DNA from: Pseudobacteriovorax sp.
GTDB taxonomy: Bacteria > Bdellovibrionota_B > Oligoflexia > Oligoflexales > Oligoflexaceae
Assembly: GCA_050293845.1 (NCBI GenBank)
Contig: JBNKNM010000165.1
Location: forward strand, 1 to 12,708
Length of the DNA: 12,708 bases
Direction: 5' to 3'
Shown in pieces: positions 7,487 to 12,708 of the stretch (position 1 is its first letter; each line of letters starts with the position of its first letter). The notes under the pieces are model-generated. The model had not been told where the DNA came from. It worked only from the letters and a program-made list of their open reading frames with translations, and made no database searches. Made by a program: the position numbers and the translations under genes.

Positions 7487-7495
7487 TGCTAAAAT
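7487..7495 (+). promoter_or_regulatory. Possible extended -10 promoter of the kinase gene
   Basis: TG-C-TAAAAT about 55 nt upstream of ATG 7549; only a weak -35 (ATTACA). Confidence 0.3.
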
Positions 7496-7548
7496 CAAAT
7501 AAAGAGTAGATTGCTAATTTAAAAGCATGAATATGATAGGGATTGCAG

Positions 7549-9447
7549 ATGAAAACAATTGAGCAACTCAAAACATTTATTTCAAACCTACCATCTTCAG
7601 TAGCAATGTTCGATGAAAACATATGCTATATAGCGTGTAGTGAGCGTTGGATCGAGGATTACTCTTTGAAAGGTAAAGAGATTATCGGGAAGTCTCATTA
7701 TGATATTTTCCCTAATATTCCTAAGAGGTGGAAAGAAATCCACCAAAAAGCTTTGAATGGCCACGCTTTGAAAAGTGATGGTGATTCATTTATTGGTACT
7801 ACTGGAATGAAAGAGTGGCTAAAGTGGGATATTAGACCTTGGAGTAAGTCCAATGGTGAAATTGGTGGAATAATCATGCTATCTGAGGTTATTACTAAAC
7901 AAAAGCGAGTTGAAGAAAAGCTTGAAAAGGTAAATCAAAGGCTCGAACTAGCTCTAGAAGGTGCCAATATTGGAATTTGGCAATGGGATGTTCAAAAGAA
8001 TGAGCTTATCTGGGATGAAAAAATGCATGATCTTTATGGCATCGCAAAAGAAGAAGGTAGAAACAACTATGAAATGTGGGCATCTGCTCTTCATCCTGAA
8101 GATAGAAAAGAGGCTGAATTACAGATAAAAATAGCGCTCGAAGGTAAGAAAGACTTTGATACCTTATTTAGGGTTATAAAGTCAAGTGGTGAAGTGAGCC
8201 ATATTATGGGGAGAGCTAAACTAGTTTATTGCGACGATGGTAGTGTATCGAGCATGATTGGTATCAACTGGGATATTACAGAGATCAAAAAAAAAGAAAA
8301 AGCATTAGAAGAAGCTCGGAATCAAGCAGACTTGGCAGTGAAAGCAAAAGCACAATTTCTATCAAATATGAGTCACGAAATAAGAACCCCCTTAAACGGG
8401 ATCATGGGCTATTGCGAACTACTTTCAGAGGATAACACCATACATAGTGGGGTCAAAGATAAGATTAGAACAATTTTTAATGCAAGTTACTCACTCCTGC
8501 AAATTATCAATGACATCCTAGACTACTCCAAAATTGAATCAGGTATGATTAGCCTTCATTATGAGAGATTGGAAATCTATGATGAACTATGTGATCTCAA
8601 ACAATTATTTCAAGTTTGTTTAAAAGATGAAGTTAGTCTATTATTCGATCTAAAAGAGCTTAAGGGTAAATGTTTTAATGTAGATATTTTAAGAATTAAG
8701 CAGGTGTTGACCAACCTGATCGGTAACGCTATTAAATTTACAAATAATGGGAAAATTACCGTTACAGGACAATACGATTCTAACAAGGAGCAACTTAAAT
8801 TCATAGTCGAAGACACTGGTTGTGGAATACCTAAAAACAAAGTAGACGAAATTTTCGAAACATTTGTTCAGGCGGATTCTTCGATCACTAAGAGATTTGG
8901 TGGTTCGGGGTTGGGACTCTCTATTTGTAAGAGCTTGGTCGAATTAATGAGTGGTAGAATAACTTGTGAGAGCAAGGAAGGCTATGGTAGTAGATTTGAA
9001 TTTTATATTCATTCGATTGAAATAAAAGATTTTACTAATAAAGTTAGTGGACCCAATCAGAAGAAAGAGTACGATTATGGTCTGAAAGTTCTGGTTGTCG
9101 AGGACATAGAAATTAATCAAAATCTAGCCAGAGACATGCTTGAAAAGATGGGATGTGAAGTTGAGCTGGCATCTTCGGGTTTCGAAAGTATTGATAAAGT
9201 TTTAGTTAACAAGTTTGACCTTATTCTCATGGACGTTAATATGCCCGGAATGAGTGGGTACGAAGCAACGAAGAAAATTCGAGCAATGGATATTCGTCAG
9301 CCAAAAATCTATGCTCTTACAGCCAATGCTTTTGAGGAAGATAAGCGATCATCATTAGATTCGGGTATGAATGGACACCTGTCGAAACCTTTTAGGAAGC
9401 AACAACTAGAGCAGATTCTGGCACAAATCAGCTCAACAGCAGCCTGA
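7549..9447 (+). CDS. Cytoplasmic hybrid sensor histidine kinase/response regulator (PAS-PAS-HisKA-HATPase-REC)
   Basis: PAS1 (VAMFD...IIGKSHYDIFP), PAS2 (GIWQWD...LIWD...LHPED...GINWDIT), H-box FLSNMSHEIRTPLNGI, N-box QVLTNLIGNAIKFT, G1 DTGCGI, F-box FETFVQAD, G2 GGSGLGLSI, receiver VLVVED...DLILMDVNMP...ALTA...LSKPF. No transmembrane segment. ATG 7549 follows AGGGA; TTG 7543 is the alternative start. Confidence 0.95.
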   Translation: MKTIEQLKTFISNLPSSVAMFDENICYIACSERWIEDYSLKGKEIIGKSHYDIFPNIPKRWKEIHQKALNGHALKSDGDSFIGTTGMKEWLKWDIRPWSKSNGEIGGIIMLSEVITKQKRVEEKLEKVNQRLELALEGANIGIWQWDVQKNELIWDEKMHDLYGIAKEEGRNNYEMWASALHPEDRKEAELQIKIALEGKKDFDTLFRVIKSSGEVSHIMGRAKLVYCDDGSVSSMIGINWDITEIKKKEKALEEARNQADLAVKAKAQFLSNMSHEIRTPLNGIMGYCELLSEDNTIHSGVKDKIRTIFNASYSLLQIINDILDYSKIESGMISLHYERLEIYDELCDLKQLFQVCLKDEVSLLFDLKELKGKCFNVDILRIKQVLTNLIGNAIKFTNNGKITVTGQYDSNKEQLKFIVEDTGCGIPKNKVDEIFETFVQADSSITKRFGGSGLGLSICKSLVELMSGRITCESKEGYGSRFEFYIHSIEIKDFTNKVSGPNQKKEYDYGLKVLVVEDIEINQNLARDMLEKMGCEVELASSGFESIDKVLVNKFDLILMDVNMPGMSGYEATKKIRAMDIRQPKIYALTANAFEEDKRSSLDSGMNGHLSKPFRKQQLEQILAQISSTAA

Positions 9448-10007
9448 ATTTCCTTGACTTCCGCCATAAATTATCCGTGATATTCGTTATATACATATAT
9501 TAGCTCAGATAAAAAACATCCCATTAATAATCACCATACAAAACTAGGTTGATTGATAGTTTTGAAATTTAAATCCATATGTCTCGAGCTTGGCATGAGG
9601 AATCTAGAGGAATTTTTTAAAGCTGATTTGAGCCATGGGCTTGTAGCTATCAAACGCGAAATTTAATCGTTGGCAACCAACAAAACTTAGCCCAGTCGCC
9701 ATTATGTGGCATTCGGCAGTACAATCTCCTTACTGAGTCTTCGTATATTCTTTTTGTAGAGGATTTATAAATAGGCTGGTGCGTGCTTTCAAGAGTTAAC
9801 TTTTAACTTAGACTTAGGGGCGGGGGGGAATTTTAACAATTCTACTCCTTGTTCTAAACTATAGATGGGATAAATATGATGGGAGCTTGCGGGAAGGTGA
9901 TGTGATTGCGTTTTGGGGCTCGCGAGCAAGGGTGTAGTAACGATTATCCTAGTTTCCAGGTAAACTTCAGTATGCCTTTTAGGATTTGTTGGGATAGTTT
10001 TTTGCTG

Positions 10008-10039
10008 AAGCAGAGCCGCCTTGAGCGCGGCTTCTGCTT
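10008..10039 (-). terminator. Strong stem-loop directly after the lipoprotein gene (terminator or stabiliser)
   Basis: AAGCAGA-GCCGC-(7 nt)-GCGGC-T-TCTGCTT, 12 bp with one bulge, 6 nt from the stop at 10046. No U-tract on the minus strand. Confidence 0.5.
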
Positions 10040-10045
10040 AGTTAA

Positions 10046-12058
10046 TTAGTTAATAGTATTGCAACCGTTTGCTCCACTACCATTAATTTGTGCAAAATGG
10101 TTTAGAATCCATCCACCAGCGATATTTGAAGGTGTTAGTGCCTGAGGGGAATCACTATAATCTCCTGAATATGCCTTCTCATCGCTTGCTTTGGCAAAAA
10201 GAGGGATGGCTACTGCTCGCGCTGCATCTCTAAAAGCTGTGCTGCCAGTATTATTAAGGACGCAGGTGCCAACATTGTCAACACTCGTATTTGCTGTTGC
10301 TTTCCCCAATATAGGCAACTGAGTAGTCGTATAGCTAACTATTTTTCCAGTTAAAAAACTAATATCAGAAACATGGTTATAGTCCTCTAAAACCCCGTCT
10401 TTATCACCATCTCCGGTGAAAACATGATCGGTATCTGACTCACATGCATCGATCTTACCGTCTTCAGCACAGTCGTGGAAATAGGTATCACTGGCTTGGA
10501 AAGCATAGGTCGCATAGTCGAATCCAGGAACCTTTTTCGAGTCGTCTGTTGCACTGTTATTGCTAGCAGCGATAACAGCGTTGATGCTAGTATAAATACC
10601 ATCGGCTATTTGTGCTTGGCTATAGCTTGCTATAATATCCTCGGTCCCATGGAGGTTGATGATTTGACCTTTTGCATCAGTTCCTGTGGCTTCATTGGCC
10701 GCTCCCCAATTTCGAAGGCTATAAGCGAGAAATTGACCCATAAATGCCATGTCACGAATAGCAAGCTCAGCGACCGAGTCAGCAATAGTTAGCTCTTCGT
10801 TAATTGAATATTGAGCAAAAAGATCGCCAAGAAGAGCGTAGCCGGGAAGGGCTACAAAATTTGTCGAGCTGATGATTCCCCCATACATGTACTGCAGTGC
10901 CAGTCGATTTGTACCTAAGACCAAGGAAACGTTGGTTCCTAAGGTTCCTATACCTATTGGGAATACTGTAGCAGGGGTGTCGCTAAAGCTAATGCTTTCG
11001 GCATAGGCTGTGATATTGGAATTATCTCCCTGAGCAAGATCATAGAAATAGTAGCCGGCTCTAGCTGCTGCTAACTTTGCGACTAAACCCCCGCGATCAG
11101 CACCAATTAGTAGGGTGTAGGGAACACCAGCATTACCAGCGGCACTGATGGCAGCTACTTTAGCTAATAGAGTCGCAGTACTTGTTGTATTTCCGGTATC
11201 AGAAAATTTTTTAGACTGGTCAAGGACAGCAACTGAAGTGGAAGCTCTAAGGGTATTCACACAGTTATACAATCCCAAGAACTCGTTAACATCGCCATTC
11301 CATATATCAGCGCCACTTTGGGTATGGATGGCATCAGCAACTACTTTATCGCCAGTACAAGTGCTGGTGTACCCATCGGGATTGGGTGCACACATTGGCT
11401 CACCAGGGAATGAAGGGGCTGCGATAATAGCTGATTCTTGTAAAGAACCGAATAAAGTTGAAATCTCCCCGTACTGAAGTCCAATTGTATTACCATGACC
11501 ATACATAATAAGCGGATAATTTACTGCTGTGCTGTCAGGAACGGAAATAATACCGGTTCTTACAGATTCTTCAACAGCTCCCGCGGCATCCCTTAGCTTA
11601 TAGCGGAGGTAGTAGAATTTGGAATTTGAATTAATGGATTCATTTTCATCATTCGTTTTAGAACCTTGGTTGGCAGCAGAAATACCTACGATTTCGCCAC
11701 ATTGGCTGGATATAGCCGTTGAAACGAGCTTTGTGGCTGCGTTTGTTCTGACCTCGTTGAAATTGGCATGGTCTTGAACAGTAAATGCTTCAGGTGAAGT
11801 AGTAAGCCAAACCGTAAGCTGTTGCTCAACATCCGCCGAGGCATCAAACTCACCATTTTTATCAAGTCCAGCGGTGTTAGAATCCAGTCCTAAATATTCG
11901 ACCACATCATTCCAAATTGTGGTAGCACCGTTGCCATCCTCTTCGGAATAAAAGTTATCCCGGGCGTCATCGTCTTCAATGCCAACATTGCTAGGGTTTG
12001 ATCCACAGCCTGAGGCGGAAAAAATCGCAGCAGATAGTAAGTACGTTTTCAATTTCAT
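10046..12058 (-). CDS. Lipoprotein with alpha/beta-hydrolase-fold motifs (~670 aa)
   Basis: ATG 12058 after AAGGA; MKLKTYLLSAAIFSASG-C lipobox. Motifs in canonical order: YPLIMYGHG, IIAAPSFPG, elbow LLIGADRGGLVA, acid motif NLHGTEDII, candidate His in DYNHVSD. Also a DGDKDG (DxDxDG) motif. Confidence 0.8.
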   Translation of the reverse strand: MKLKTYLLSAAIFSASGCGSNPSNVGIEDDDARDNFYSEEDGNGATTIWNDVVEYLGLDSNTAGLDKNGEFDASADVEQQLTVWLTTSPEAFTVQDHANFNEVRTNAATKLVSTAISSQCGEIVGISAANQGSKTNDENESINSNSKFYYLRYKLRDAAGAVEESVRTGIISVPDSTAVNYPLIMYGHGNTIGLQYGEISTLFGSLQESAIIAAPSFPGEPMCAPNPDGYTSTCTGDKVVADAIHTQSGADIWNGDVNEFLGLYNCVNTLRASTSVAVLDQSKKFSDTGNTTSTATLLAKVAAISAAGNAGVPYTLLIGADRGGLVAKLAAARAGYYFYDLAQGDNSNITAYAESISFSDTPATVFPIGIGTLGTNVSLVLGTNRLALQYMYGGIISSTNFVALPGYALLGDLFAQYSINEELTIADSVAELAIRDMAFMGQFLAYSLRNWGAANEATGTDAKGQIINLHGTEDIIASYSQAQIADGIYTSINAVIAASNNSATDDSKKVPGFDYATYAFQASDTYFHDCAEDGKIDACESDTDHVFTGDGDKDGVLEDYNHVSDISFLTGKIVSYTTTQLPILGKATANTSVDNVGTCVLNNTGSTAFRDAARAVAIPLFAKASDEKAYSGDYSDSPQALTPSNIAGGWILNHFAQINGSGANGCNTIN

Positions 12059-12085
12059 ATGATCATTCCTTGTCATTTTTTATAA

Positions 12086-12708
12086 TTAAAACTTGTAGTA
12101 GCCAATAAGTTGAAAACGGCTGATAGTTGGTGCCACTGTGGCAAAGGTGCCGCTCACCGGTTGCTCATACTCATAGACTAAGCTAAACGGTAGCAAGGGC
12201 TTAAGGCCGAGGCCGTCGTAGCTGATGTTGAATCCAGCAAAGCGAATTCTGGTGATTTCATCATAGCGGTAGCCTAGGCTATCATAGGCTAGTCCATCGT
12301 AGCGATTTTCTCGTCCTTCTAACCAGTGATACTGCAGTCCTACACCAACAGGGGTGAGGAAGTCTGCAAGGTCGGAAAGACCAAGACTTAATTGTAGGAA
12401 GCCGTCATGACCGATGCCCCATTTTTCAAACTTTTGATCGTTATCGAAGCCGTCGGAGCCGATGGCGATGGCTGCAGCGGTTGTGGGATCACCGGTGTTA
12501 GTCACGTCATTATATTTACCTGAGGCTTTCATTTTTTTACCAGGAGCTACCATATATTCAAGTTGGTGCTGCAGGGCTACCACCATCCAGGGGGCGACCC
12601 GGTAGTCGAAATTAAAGCGGAGGCCTAAGTCAGTGATGCCATCGCCAGTTTCACGCATACCAGAAGGGACGTCTTTGAATTTACCAGTGGGTAGGCGTAG
12701 ACCGCCAC
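12086..12708 (-). CDS. Outer-membrane beta-barrel, COG4313/MetA-pathway-of-phenol-degradation-like transporter; 5' part outside the window
   Basis: The frame is open to the window edge: GGLRLPTGKFKDVPSGMRETGDGITDLGLRFNFDY. The G-L-x-L-P-T-G...TG-x-G-x-x-D motif is typical of this family. Amphipathic strands and a C-terminal aromatic beta-signal (LIGYYKF). Confidence 0.7.
   Translation of the reverse strand, partial: GGLRLPTGKFKDVPSGMRETGDGITDLGLRFNFDYRVAPWMVVALQHQLEYMVAPGKKMKASGKYNDVTNTGDPTTAAAIAIGSDGFDNDQKFEKWGIGHDGFLQLSLGLSDLADFLTPVGVGLQYHWLEGRENRYDGLAYDSLGYRYDEITRIRFAGFNISYDGLGLKPLLPFSLVYEYEQPVSGTFATVAPTISRFQLIGYYKF

Noticed and set aside
9445..9552. Three successive in-frame TGA stops suggesting TGA recoding
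   Set aside because: The GH5 gene ends in TGA directly before its terminator and the intact genes have no internal TGA, so the standard bacterial code fits.
8610..11477. ORFs 8610-8840, 10387-10602, 10475-10792 and 11148-11477
   Set aside because: Shadow frames inside well-supported genes.

Overview
Bacterial accessory-type region; the cysteine-rich orphan lipoproteins suggest a Bdellovibrionota/Oligoflexia-like Gram-negative host, but that is inference only. Left to right: (1) the 3' end of an IS200/IS605-family tnpB gene that the ORF track missed, with its right-end hairpin, omegaRNA scaffold and flank-derived guide (1-~185); (2) an acidic orphan lipoprotein (-); (3) a short hypothetical ORF; (4) a secreted GH5 endoglucanase with an InlB-B-repeat-like linker and a C-terminal CBM-like module; (5) a frameshifted and rearranged tyrosine recombinase pseudogene; (6) mscS (-), divergent from a DUF3078-like outer-membrane beta-barrel gene (+); (7) a hairpin-rich intergenic region; (8) a soluble PAS-PAS-HisKA-HATPase-REC hybrid kinase; (9) a minus-strand operon of a COG4313-like outer-membrane barrel (5'-truncated by the window) and a large lipoprotein with alpha/beta-hydrolase motifs but Asp instead of Ser at the nucleophile elbow. 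All family calls come from motif recognition by eye; no searches were run.
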